Source: Cyanobacteria bacterium P01_A01_bin.123 (GTDB taxonomy: Bacteria; Cyanobacteriota; Cyanobacteriia; Phormidesmidales; Phormidesmidaceae). From it: DNA of 64,000 nt. How positions within the stretch are numbered: the first letter of the stretch is position 1; each line of letters starts with the position of its first letter. Positions 1-8,899 of the stretch are shown in pieces. A model generated the notes under the pieces. The model saw nothing but the letters and a program-made list of their open reading frames with translations, had not been told where the DNA came from and ran no database searches. Location of the stretch: contig JBCBZT010000025.1 of NCBI GenBank assembly GCA_039815185.1, positions 45,416-109,415 on the forward strand. Direction: 5' to 3'. The position numbers and the translations under genes were made by a program.

Positions 1-264
1 AATTTTGTCGATTTGTGCGTCTTTGGCCGTGAGCAATAAAATCGGCACGCCATAACCTTCATGTCGCAAGCGTTGACAGAGGTTGATGCCTTCTAGCTGA
101 GGCAACATCCAATCTAAGATAATCAGGTCATAGTCAAAGGTAGAGCTATAGGCCCAACCCGTTTCGCCATCGGCCACCCGATCAACCACGTAATTTTGAG
201 CCGTTAACTGCTGGGTTAGCAGCGTAACTAAAGCTTCATCATCCTCAACCAATAAAACTCTCAT
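1..264 (-). CDS. rcaC: OmpR-type response regulator N-terminus, RcaC-like (runs off the window edge)
   Basis: Not in the ORF track. Manual translation from the ATG at 264 gives MRVLLVEDDEALVTLLTQQLTAQNYVVDRVADGETGWAYSSTFDYDLIILDWMLPQLEGINLCQRLR, a receiver domain. It lies directly downstream of rcaE/rcaF-like genes. The symbol is inferred from context. Confidence 0.65.
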   Translation of the reverse strand, partial: MRVLLVEDDEALVTLLTQQLTAQNYVVDRVADGETGWAYSSTFDYDLIILDWMLPQLEGINLCQRLRHEGYGVPILLLTAKDAQIDKI

Positions 265-273
265 TAACTCACC

Positions 274-654
274 CTACGTTGACCAATTCAGTAATTTGGC
301 GATTTGGCTGGCTAGGGTGAGGGGATTAAAGGGTTTGGTAATCACCCCAGCCACGCCAATCTTCTGAAACAGCCGTTTTTCAGCAGTTCGTGTTTTAGCC
401 GTTAGCAAAATAACTGGAATAGACTGGGTTTTGGCATTGTCATGGAGTGCCTCAAAAGTGGCAATGCCGTCAATTTCAGGCATCATGACATCTAATAAAA
501 TGGCGTCTGGCTGGTGTATTTCAGCCTGACGAATGCCATCTCTGCCAGAAGATGCGGTGACAATGTCCCAGTTGGCTTCCATCTTTAAGCTGAGGCTAAC
601 CACTTTTTGAATCGACTCTTCATCATCAACAACCAGAATTTGTTTTGATTGCAT
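274..654 (-). CDS. rcaF: Single-domain CheY-like response regulator, RcaF-like
   Basis: MQSKQILVVDDEE...LLDVMMP...LLTAK...ITKPF is a receiver domain only. ATG at 654 is preferred over the longer ORF. It sits between the CBCR kinase and the OmpR-type regulator. Confidence 0.7.
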   Translation of the reverse strand: MQSKQILVVDDEESIQKVVSLSLKMEANWDIVTASSGRDGIRQAEIHQPDAILLDVMMPEIDGIATFEALHDNAKTQSIPVILLTAKTRTAEKRLFQKIGVAGVITKPFNPLTLASQIAKLLNWST

Positions 655-659
655 GGTCT

Positions 660-2885
660 TTACGATGCCTTTGTGGTGGCAAGGGGTAAGGTGAAATAAA
701 AACAACTGCCAATACCCATCTGGCTTTCTGCCCAAATTTGACCGCCGTGTTGTTCGACGATTTTGCGGCAGATGGTCAGCCCAAGCCCAGTGCCACCCTT
801 TTTGCGCGAGTCAGAAGAATCCACCTGCTGAAATCGTTCAAAGACGCTGTTCAGCTTGTCTTGGGGGATGCCTTGACCGTGATCTTGGACGCAGAAGAGG
901 GCCATTGCTGCGGGATCTTGGTGATGGCGCGGGGTGCTATCAGACTTTGGGGATGGCAGAACGGGTTCGGAATTAGGCCGGGCGATGAGGTGAATGACAT
1001 TACCGGGGGTCGAAAATTTGATCGCGTTACCAATCAAATTGGTCAAGGTTTGGACAATGTAATCTGGATCGGCCCAAATAGAGAAAGTAGATACGGGTTC
1101 TGATTGAATTTGAATCGTAATCTCGTGCTCTTGAGCAATCGACTGCATCGCCTCGGCTGCTTGGCCCATTAAGTCAGCGGCGTCACAGGCGTGAGCATCC
1201 ACGGTGACCTCACCGGACTCTATTCGCTGGAGATCGAGCACATTGTTGACTAGACGCACGAGTCGATCAGTGTTTTCATCAGCGACTTCAAGCATCTGCT
1301 GCCCTGCTTCAGACAGTTGGCCCAAACGGCCTGTTGCCATCAGTTTTAGAGAGCCGTGAATCGAGGTGAGCGGAGTCCTTAATTCGTGACTAACAACAGC
1401 AATAAATTCATCTTTCATGCGTTCGATTGCTTTGCGATCGCTGATATCAGTCGTGAGGGCGAAGAATCCCTTGATCTTGAGTGAGCCTTTTGAACCCGCT
1501 TCAACATGGGGAATGTAAGTCACACTCACCGAACGACATCGCCCATCTTGAAAGGCCAGTTCGCTCTCATAGGTCACTGGATCTCCCACTAGGACAGTTT
1601 CAATGTAGGGCTTGATGTGTTGATAGTAGGCAGACCCCAGTACGGTTTTAATGGATGTGCCATAGATGTCCTTTGGGGTTTGCCCGAGCCAATGTTCATA
1701 GGCTTCGTTATTAAATCGATAGCGCTGATGACGATCGACATAGGCAATCAGCACTGGCAAATTGTTCGTGATCAGGCGTAATTGCTCCTCACTTTGACGC
1801 AGGGCCGCTTCTACTTGCTTACGTTCTTGAATCTCTTGTTGCAAGGTGAGGTTCGTTTGAGTCAACTCAGCTGTCCGTAGCTTGACTCGCTCTTCGAGAT
1901 ATTCCAGCATTTGCCCTTGCGAAAGCGCGATGCTGATTTGATCGGCGAGTTGCTGCATCAGATCTAATTCAAACTCGCTCCATTGCCGAGGACTGCGACA
2001 TTGGTGGGCGATCAGCAATCCCCAGAGATGCTTACGGATGGGGGCTTTGCCGATAGACATTTCTGGCTTGAGGGGATGTACGATGGGGACAATCAACTTA
2101 GATTGAATGCCCCATTGCTCAATAAACTCCACCAAGCAATCGGCTAGTCCTGAATCGGGGGCATGGACATCGGCGATCGCTTGCACTCGTCCTTGGGCAT
2201 AGAGGGTCTGGTATTCTTCGGGAAAAACTTCTTCGGGGAAGGAAATCCCTAAGATTGCTGGATAAGGAGGCACGACGGCTTCACTGATGGGTTGACCAGT
2301 GCCATCGGGCAAAACTTGATAAATCAACACCCGATCGGCTTTGAGGAGACGCTGCACCTCGTTAACCGTGGTTTGCAAGATCTCTTTAAGTTGTAAAGAT
2401 TGGCGAATTTTGAGTGTGATTTCTGCAAAGAGTTGGGCTTTTTGATGCTGACGATGCATTTGGGCTTCAACACCCTGCTCGTGCAATACCCGCAATAAAC
2501 GGTCTTGGTCAATCAAGCCAACCAGATGGGCATGGTCATCCACGATGGGGAGGTGGCTAATCTGGTGATGATCAAAGAGCTCTAGCAGGGGAGCAACTGC
2601 CTTCAGCGCCAACGGTGACACAGTAATCACGGGACGGGTCACAACCTCAGCCAAGCGCATGTGAGACCATTTGGGGGTTTGGGCCATCGCTTGAATGAGA
2701 TTGCGTCGTGTGGCAATGCCAATCACCTTACGACGATGCAACGCTAAAAAGCAGTTTTTCTCTGGATGAGATGCCATCCGAGCTAAAACCTTTGGCAACC
2801 CAGTTTGGCTGGAGGCAGTTAGTGGATTGGGATCCACAATCGCGCTCCAGAAGGAAAGTTCGCACGCCCCTTGATTCAATGACAT
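660..2885 (-). CDS. rcaE: Green/red cyanobacteriochrome histidine kinase (CBS pair-GAF-PAS-HisKA-HATPase), RcaE-like
   Basis: GAF domain with EEVFP...CLVEFIEQWGIQSKL and WGLLIAHQC; one PAS domain; H-box SHELRTPL; N/G boxes NAIKF, DHGQG and GTGLGL; N-terminal CBS-like pair (HLPIVDD). Confidence 0.75.
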   Translation of the reverse strand: MSLNQGACELSFWSAIVDPNPLTASSQTGLPKVLARMASHPEKNCFLALHRRKVIGIATRRNLIQAMAQTPKWSHMRLAEVVTRPVITVSPLALKAVAPLLELFDHHQISHLPIVDDHAHLVGLIDQDRLLRVLHEQGVEAQMHRQHQKAQLFAEITLKIRQSLQLKEILQTTVNEVQRLLKADRVLIYQVLPDGTGQPISEAVVPPYPAILGISFPEEVFPEEYQTLYAQGRVQAIADVHAPDSGLADCLVEFIEQWGIQSKLIVPIVHPLKPEMSIGKAPIRKHLWGLLIAHQCRSPRQWSEFELDLMQQLADQISIALSQGQMLEYLEERVKLRTAELTQTNLTLQQEIQERKQVEAALRQSEEQLRLITNNLPVLIAYVDRHQRYRFNNEAYEHWLGQTPKDIYGTSIKTVLGSAYYQHIKPYIETVLVGDPVTYESELAFQDGRCRSVSVTYIPHVEAGSKGSLKIKGFFALTTDISDRKAIERMKDEFIAVVSHELRTPLTSIHGSLKLMATGRLGQLSEAGQQMLEVADENTDRLVRLVNNVLDLQRIESGEVTVDAHACDAADLMGQAAEAMQSIAQEHEITIQIQSEPVSTFSIWADPDYIVQTLTNLIGNAIKFSTPGNVIHLIARPNSEPVLPSPKSDSTPRHHQDPAAMALFCVQDHGQGIPQDKLNSVFERFQQVDSSDSRKKGGTGLGLTICRKIVEQHGGQIWAESQMGIGSCFYFTLPLATTKAS

Positions 2886-3254
2886 TCGTGATGGACTCCT
2901 GATTGGAATCGCTATCCCCTTAATTTATGAGGCCCTAGACAAAATCTTTGAGGAATTGTTTTTAATCTTTAAGTTTTAGGCCGCTAAAGGTAAAGAAATA
3001 TAAATAAATATTTTACTTTCTTAAGCCATGAGGTTAGGTGCTTAAGAGAAATGGCTGCAAGTCTTTCGGTGGTCATTGCGCTGATCTCTATGAGTCTGTC
3101 GAGTTTGCTTGACTAGGTGCAGAACATTGAGCCAATTTTCGGAATTGAGATTGTGGACGAGTATCTATGCGTAGAAAAATACTCCACTCCATCAGTCCAA
3201 TCTGGCGGCCTAGTCTGGCAGTCCAGTCAATCTAGCTTTGAGGGGACATTTGCG

Positions 3255-3587
3255 ATGAAGATTCAAGGACTTGAAGACATCACCAATCATGAACTCTCCA
3301 TGGAGATTCAGAATGGCGGCAAGTTCGTTATCTTTCAGTACTGCATTTCTGTGGTGCTTTTGACGTTTAAGCGATCTTCCGACATTTATTTCATCCGCGC
3401 TGATGAAAGCCCTGGTAAACAGGCGCTACCGTTTACCTTGATCTCTATATTTCTAGGCTGGTGGGGTATCCCTTGGGGGCCGATTTACACGATTCAATCG
3501 CTGCATACCAACTTCACTGGCGGCAAAGATGTCACTCAACCTGTGTTGTCTGCCCTGGCTAATCCCAATCCTGGGGGGCAAAGCTAA
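3255..3587 (+). CDS. Hypothetical small membrane protein
   Basis: ATG at 3255 follows GAGGGG. Hydrophobic segments with a GWWGIPWGPIYT motif. Confidence 0.7.
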   Translation: MKIQGLEDITNHELSMEIQNGGKFVIFQYCISVVLLTFKRSSDIYFIRADESPGKQALPFTLISIFLGWWGIPWGPIYTIQSLHTNFTGGKDVTQPVLSALANPNPGGQS

Positions 3588-3681
3588 ACAGTTTTATATT
3601 ACTTAATTACAGGATCTGATTTTTTCTAGCAGACAGCTTACACTCTTCTCGATATTGTTAGTCTTGATCGAGGAGAGTGCT

Positions 3682-4407
3682 ATGTTGGGGTTCTTGCTAG
3701 CCGTTTGTCTGGCCTTACTACACCTGTTTGTTGGAAAGTTGAGCGGCTTTAAGTATGTTTCCCATCGCCGCTGGATCTCTTTAGCAGGTGGCGTTTCCAT
3801 TGCTTACATTTTTCTTGATGTTTTTCCAGAATTGGCCCACGCCCAAGAAGAGATAGAGCACTCAGAAATCTCGATCTTGGCCTATCTAGAACAGCATGTG
3901 TATTTATTGGCGCTGCTGGGATTAGTGCTGTTTTATGGCTTAGATAAATTAGCGCTGCGATCGCGAACTCACAATCAAAAAATGAGCCAAGTAGATGCCA
4001 CTGGTGTGGGCGTTTTCTGGGTTCATATTGCGGCCTTTGCCATCTATAACGCCATTTTGGGCTATCTGTTCCGAGAATCAGCAGATCATGGACTTGTCGC
4101 TTGCCTGCTGTTATTTATCACGCTAGGGCTACATTTCTTAGTCAATGATCTAGGCATGAGAGAACACCATAAGCACAGCTACGACCGATTGGGGCGGTGG
4201 ATTCTCGCGGCTGCCATTATTGCGGGATGGGCTGTTGCGCAGGCGGTCATTTTCAACCCTGCTGCGATCGCCGTGATTTGGGCCATCGTTGCAGGCGGCA
4301 TTATTCTAAATGTTTTGAAAGAAGAATTGCCCGAACAACGTGAAAGTGATTTTATTACTTTCCTGACCGGGGCACTAGGGTATGGTGCGCTGCTGTTAAT
4401 TGTTTAA
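3682..4407 (+). CDS. Multi-pass membrane protein, possibly ZIP-like metal transporter related
   Basis: AGGAG RBS before the ATG at 3682; about 7-8 hydrophobic helices; His-containing motif LHFLVND..MREHH and an LKEELP motif. Confidence 0.6.
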   Translation: MLGFLLAVCLALLHLFVGKLSGFKYVSHRRWISLAGGVSIAYIFLDVFPELAHAQEEIEHSEISILAYLEQHVYLLALLGLVLFYGLDKLALRSRTHNQKMSQVDATGVGVFWVHIAAFAIYNAILGYLFRESADHGLVACLLLFITLGLHFLVNDLGMREHHKHSYDRLGRWILAAAIIAGWAVAQAVIFNPAAIAVIWAIVAGGIILNVLKEELPEQRESDFITFLTGALGYGALLLIV

Positions 4408-4450
4408 GAAAAGGGGCCGTCCTGTTTATCTGCGAATGATTAAAAATTAA

Positions 4451-4485
4451 CTTTCCCTGACCGAATTTAAACGCTTTCCCTGACC
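4451..4485 (+). promoter_or_regulatory. 12-bp direct repeat CTTTCCCTGACC x2 (23-bp period) upstream of the Rieske cluster
   Basis: Exact copies at 4451-4462 and 4474-4485 in an AT-rich intergenic region. A regulatory role is inferred. Confidence 0.4.
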
Positions 4486-4629
4486 AACTTTACTTTCTGT
4501 TGTCGGGTGAACTCCACTTTAAAAGAAAACCTTAGGAGCTGTACTAAAACTGCAATGACCTGATAGATTCTCGGTTAATTAGGGAGATGAACCCGTCCAT
4601 GAAATCAATGTTCAAAAGGCAGCAAATCT

Positions 4630-6243
4630 GTGAATAAAGTTAAAGCGGCGATGTGGGCAGACTTACGCGATCGCCAACCTGCTGGAGCCATCATTGAAGG
4701 CGTTGATTTGGTGATCATTCGTTGGGATGATCAGGTTTCCGTCCTCTATGGACGCTGTCAGCATCGAGGCGCATTGATGGCTGATGGCCATGTTGAAGGC
4801 GAAAACCTAATTTGCGGTGTTCACCAGTGGGACTACCGGGTTGACACTGGCGTTAGCGCTTACAACAACAGCGAATTTTTGCCCAAATTCCAGGCCTGGG
4901 TAGAAGACGGTAGTGTCTATGTCGATGCCAATGAAATACTTGCCTGGAAGCAAACCCATCCCCAGCCCTACCAACGGGATGAGTATCAAGGCGAATATGC
5001 CGATATCCACGGCACCGTCGAAGAGCCAGCGACGAAATACATCCATGCCCTGGCGAAAGATGGCCTCTCTAAAGTGGGGCATCATGGCTCAGTGTCGGCC
5101 ATGGGTGTGGCAGCGCCAGATCTGCCAAAGTGGGACGATTTGCAATTTATTACTGCCCAATTGGCCCGTTTGCCCCAGCTGGAAGATGTGGAAGTCGGTA
5201 CCGAACTTGTAATTGGACCAAAAGCGAATCAACCGTTGAAGCTTGATATTCCCATCTTTGTCTCGGATATGAGCTTTGGGGCGCTCTCAGAAGAAGCCAA
5301 AGTTGCCCTGGCAAAAGGGGCAGAACTGGCAGGGACGGGCATCTGCTCCGGCGAAGGCGGTATGTTGCCCGAAGAACAAGGCAATAACAGTCGCTATTTT
5401 TACGAACTGGCTTCAGCCCGCTTCGGCTTTGCGCTTGAAAAACTGATGCAGGTGCAGGCGTTTCACTTCAAATGTGGCCAGGGGGCCAAAACGGGAACGG
5501 GGGGTCACCTGCCTGGTCACAAGGTGAAAGGCAAAATCGCTGAGGTTCGGGGTTTGAAGGAAGGCCAACCTGCTGTGTCTCCCCCCCGCTTCCCCGATTG
5601 GGAATCGATTGACGATTTTCGCAACTTTGCCGACACCGTTCGCGACACCACTGGGGGTATTCCCATTGGCGTAAAGTTATCGGCCCAGCATATCGAGCAA
5701 GATATCGACGCGGCCCTGCACATTGGGGTTGACTACATCATTTTGGATGGACGCGGCGGCGGCACCGGGGCAGCTCCGCTAATCTTCCGCGACAACATTT
5801 CAGTGCCGACCATCCCGGCTTTGGCACGGGCCAGACGCTACCTAGATCAGCGCGGTGCCAACCACGTCACCCTGATTGTCACGGGCGGGCTACGTACCCC
5901 AGCAGATTTTGCTAAAGCCTTGGCATTAGGGGCAGACGGCATTGCCGTGTCTAACGCAGCGATTCAGGCCATTGGCTGTCTTGGTATGCGGGCCTGTCAC
6001 ACCAACAACTGCCCGGTCGGTATCGCAACGCAGCGGGAAGATCTGCGATCGCGCCTAATTATCGACGAAGCCGCCCAACGCCTCGATCGCTTTTTCCGCG
6101 CCTCAGTCGAACTCATGGCCATCATGGCTCGCGCCTGTGGTCACACCCACCTGAGTCAGTTTTGCCCTGACGACCTCACCACCTGGAAACGGGATATGGC
6201 GTATTTGAGTGGGGTGAGTTATGGCGGGGTGATGCCTTTGTAG
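4630..6243 (+). CDS. Rieske [2Fe-2S] domain fused to FMN-binding glutamate synthase domain
   Basis: N-terminal CQH...CGVH Rieske ligands; MSFGALS, SGEGG, KCGQGAK and DGRGGGTGAAP FMN-domain motifs; CLGMRACHTNNCPVG [3Fe-4S] motif. No glutamine amidotransferase domain. Confidence 0.88.
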   Translation: MNKVKAAMWADLRDRQPAGAIIEGVDLVIIRWDDQVSVLYGRCQHRGALMADGHVEGENLICGVHQWDYRVDTGVSAYNNSEFLPKFQAWVEDGSVYVDANEILAWKQTHPQPYQRDEYQGEYADIHGTVEEPATKYIHALAKDGLSKVGHHGSVSAMGVAAPDLPKWDDLQFITAQLARLPQLEDVEVGTELVIGPKANQPLKLDIPIFVSDMSFGALSEEAKVALAKGAELAGTGICSGEGGMLPEEQGNNSRYFYELASARFGFALEKLMQVQAFHFKCGQGAKTGTGGHLPGHKVKGKIAEVRGLKEGQPAVSPPRFPDWESIDDFRNFADTVRDTTGGIPIGVKLSAQHIEQDIDAALHIGVDYIILDGRGGGTGAAPLIFRDNISVPTIPALARARRYLDQRGANHVTLIVTGGLRTPADFAKALALGADGIAVSNAAIQAIGCLGMRACHTNNCPVGIATQREDLRSRLIIDEAAQRLDRFFRASVELMAIMARACGHTHLSQFCPDDLTTWKRDMAYLSGVSYGGVMPL

Positions 6244-6505
6244 GGGAGAGGGAGTGGGGGAGTGGGGGAGTAAGGGAGTTGATGTGAGGAAGATGGGGCA
6301 GGTGGGGAGGAATTTACCAAAGGTTCTACCCGATCCCCCGATCACGCCAACCCTGAGGGACACCGCTGTCATATCTACACCCGATCCTCCCATCCCCCCA
6401 CCTTCCCCATCCCTCCACCATCCCTTCTACCCGATCCCCCCATCCCTCCACCAGCCCTTCTACCCGATCACCCCCCACCCTCCCCTGCTCCCCCTCCTCC
6501 CTTAC
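6244..6505. repeat. G-rich then C-rich low-complexity spacer containing a 33-bp tandem repeat
   Basis: G-runs at 6243-6310 and C-runs at 6380-6505. Units CCCCATCCCTCCACCA(T/G)CCCTTCTACCCGATC(C/A) at 6405-6437 and 6438-6470. Confidence 0.8.
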
Positions 6506-6530
6506 CCAAATCACTAATGCGAGACTCACC

Positions 6531-8486
6531 ATGACAACCTCTTCCCCCCACTGGCATCGCATACTCGATCTGGATGAACTCCCCGAAGGTCGAGTCAAAA
6601 CTGTAACGGTTGGCCACAAAAGTCTGGCGGTGACCCACCACGACGGGCAGTACGGGGCCTTAGACAACCACTGCCCCCACCAGGGGGGGCCATTGGGGGA
6701 GGGTTCGATTGAGAATGGACTGTTGCGATGTCCCTGGCACGGGTGGGACTACTGTCCCCTGACAGGTAAGGCTCCTGGTGACTTAGAGGTGGACGATGCC
6801 CTCGAAACCTTTGCTACAGAGGTACGAGCGGACGGGGTTTATGTGGCCATGCCAGAGGAGGAAACCCACATCCGCACGGTTACCGATGTGATGGCGGAAA
6901 CCCTGGTGAACTGGGGCGTGACCCATATTTTTGGCATGGTGGGCCACTCTAATTTGGGCTTGGCCGATGCCCTGCGTCGTCAAGAAAAACAGGGCAAGCT
7001 GACGTTCATTGGTATTCGTCACGAGGGGGCAGGGGCGTTTGCGGCTTCGGCCTATGCCAAATTGACGGGTCGCCCGGCGGCTTGTTTGACCATTGCCGGG
7101 CCAGGGGCGACGAACCTGCTGACAGGCATGTGGGACGCCAAGGTCGATCGCGCCCCGATTTTGGCCCTAACTGGGCAAGTGAAATCCCAGGTGTTGGGTA
7201 CGGGCAACTTTCAAGAATGTGATTTGGCGGCGGCATTTAGCGGCGTTGCGGTTTGGAGCCAAACGGTATTAAGCCATAGCAAGCATGCTGAGCTCGTGAG
7301 TCAGGCGGTGAAGCATGCGCTACTTCAGCGAGATGTGGCCCATCTGATTTTCCCCGATGAGGTACAGACTGAGCCCGCCGTGGCTGAGGCTAAAGCTGCT
7401 AGCCCGGTGGGGCGGTTGACACCGCTGCAAATTGCGCCGCCACCAGAATCTTTGGATCAGGCTCTGACCTTACTGAAATCGGCTAAGCGTCCGGTGATTA
7501 TTGTCGGGCATGGCGCTCGGTTTACCATGCCGCCGATCATTGCTCTGGCAGAATTGTTGAACGCGCCCGTGTTAACCACGTTTAAGGGGAAGGGGCAAAT
7601 TTCTGACCGTCATCCCCTAGGCTGTGGGGTGTTGGGACGCAGCGGTACCCCGATTGCTTCTTGGTTTATGAACGAGTCTGATCTATTGCTGGTATTTGGC
7701 GCATCTTTCTCAAACCATACGGGGATTTATTCAGGCAAACCCACCATTCAAGTAGACTTTGACCCGATGGCATTGGGCAAATTTCATCCCGTAACGGTGC
7801 CCGTGTGGGGGGAAATCAGCGTGGTGGTAGAGCAATTCAAAACAGCGCTGGTGGATCACAACGGTACTGAAGATCAGCGGCCTCAAGTGGCGGAACGCTG
7901 GGCTATCTGGCGGGCGGAAAAACTGCGTCGTGAACGGGATGATCGGGGTAACGGGGTGAATTCAGCGGCGATCTTTGCGGCGATGACTCGCCAGGTGCCT
8001 GCCAATGCCGTGATTTCAGTCGATGTGGGCAACAATACTTATTCTTTTGGACGCTACTTTGAGTGCGAGGCCCAGTCGGTGCTGATGTCGGGGTATCTGG
8101 GCTCTATTGGCTTTGGATTTCCGGGGGCGATGGGGGCTTGGGCAGCGGCAGGCCATGAACGCCCGATTGTCTCTGTCTCTGGAGATGGTGGGTTTGGGCA
8201 GTATATGGGCGACTTCAACACGGCGGTGAAATACGGCATGAACATCACCCACATCCTGCTGAACAACAGTGAACTCGGCAAAATTAGCAAAGAGCAGCGA
8301 GCCGGGGAATGGGATGTGTGGCAAACGTCGCTGCATAATCCTGATTTTTCTAAATATGCCGAAATTTGTGGGGGGTTTGGGGTGCGAGTGATCCAATCGG
8401 ATGAGTTGGATAACGCGATCGCGTCCGCATTGGCCTACAATGGCCCAGCCATCGTCGAGGTGATGGCTGATGTGGATTTGATTTAA
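6531..8486 (+). CDS. Rieske [2Fe-2S] domain fused to TPP-dependent pyruvate oxidase/acetolactate-synthase-family enzyme
   Basis: CPHQGGPLGEG...CPWHGW Rieske motif; IRHE catalytic Glu; GPGATN; TPP motif GDGG...LLNN. Confidence 0.88.
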   Translation: MTTSSPHWHRILDLDELPEGRVKTVTVGHKSLAVTHHDGQYGALDNHCPHQGGPLGEGSIENGLLRCPWHGWDYCPLTGKAPGDLEVDDALETFATEVRADGVYVAMPEEETHIRTVTDVMAETLVNWGVTHIFGMVGHSNLGLADALRRQEKQGKLTFIGIRHEGAGAFAASAYAKLTGRPAACLTIAGPGATNLLTGMWDAKVDRAPILALTGQVKSQVLGTGNFQECDLAAAFSGVAVWSQTVLSHSKHAELVSQAVKHALLQRDVAHLIFPDEVQTEPAVAEAKAASPVGRLTPLQIAPPPESLDQALTLLKSAKRPVIIVGHGARFTMPPIIALAELLNAPVLTTFKGKGQISDRHPLGCGVLGRSGTPIASWFMNESDLLLVFGASFSNHTGIYSGKPTIQVDFDPMALGKFHPVTVPVWGEISVVVEQFKTALVDHNGTEDQRPQVAERWAIWRAEKLRRERDDRGNGVNSAAIFAAMTRQVPANAVISVDVGNNTYSFGRYFECEAQSVLMSGYLGSIGFGFPGAMGAWAAAGHERPIVSVSGDGGFGQYMGDFNTAVKYGMNITHILLNNSELGKISKEQRAGEWDVWQTSLHNPDFSKYAEICGGFGVRVIQSDELDNAIASALAYNGPAIVEVMADVDLI

Positions 8487-8612
8487 ACCTTATTCAAGTT
8501 CAGACCTGGAATTTTGCCTATAGGAAAAGTCCACATTCCGAGCTGAACTTGGTATAGGTCAATTCTTTGGCCGATTTACAGAACTGTTTTGCAAGGTTGA
8601 GAGGTAATCAAA

Positions 8613-8888
8613 ATGGATGGGGTTGGGGTTGCGATCGCAGAAACGATTATCAAAATTGTGCGGGGCTATTTGTTCGCCGGATTGGTTTTTTCTGTACCCT
8701 TCTTAATTTTTGGCATTCAGCGCGTAGATCCGTCGGTGCGCTGGCATAACATCCTGTTTCGGGTTTTCATTTTGCCCGGTCTTTGCGTCTTCTGGCCGCT
8801 GTTTGCCGTGCGTTTAGTGCGGGGTAAGCGCCACCCGGTTGAACGCAATGCCCACCGCATTGCTGCTGGCCAAAACCATCCAGCTTAG
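8613..8888 (+). CDS. Small two-TM hypothetical membrane protein
   Basis: GAGG RBS; two hydrophobic helices with RVDP and FRVFILPGLCVFWPL; first gene of a tightly spaced run. Confidence 0.75.
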   Translation: MDGVGVAIAETIIKIVRGYLFAGLVFSVPFLIFGIQRVDPSVRWHNILFRVFILPGLCVFWPLFAVRLVRGKRHPVERNAHRIAAGQNHPA

Positions 8889-8899
8889 GGAGAGTCACG

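Noticed and set aside
660..2885. Calling the photoreceptor CcaS
   Set aside because: It has no N-terminal TM helix and only one PAS domain, and it is followed by a stand-alone receiver rather than ccaR/cpcL. This fits RcaE better.
6405..6470. 33-bp repeats as a CRISPR array
   Set aside because: There are only two directly abutting copies, no spacers and no cas genes.
6103..6667. Pro-rich or Gly/Trp-rich ORFs (6254-6517 +, 6326-6667 -, 6103-6393 -)
   Set aside because: They are by-products of the low-complexity G/C spacer or overlap real genes.
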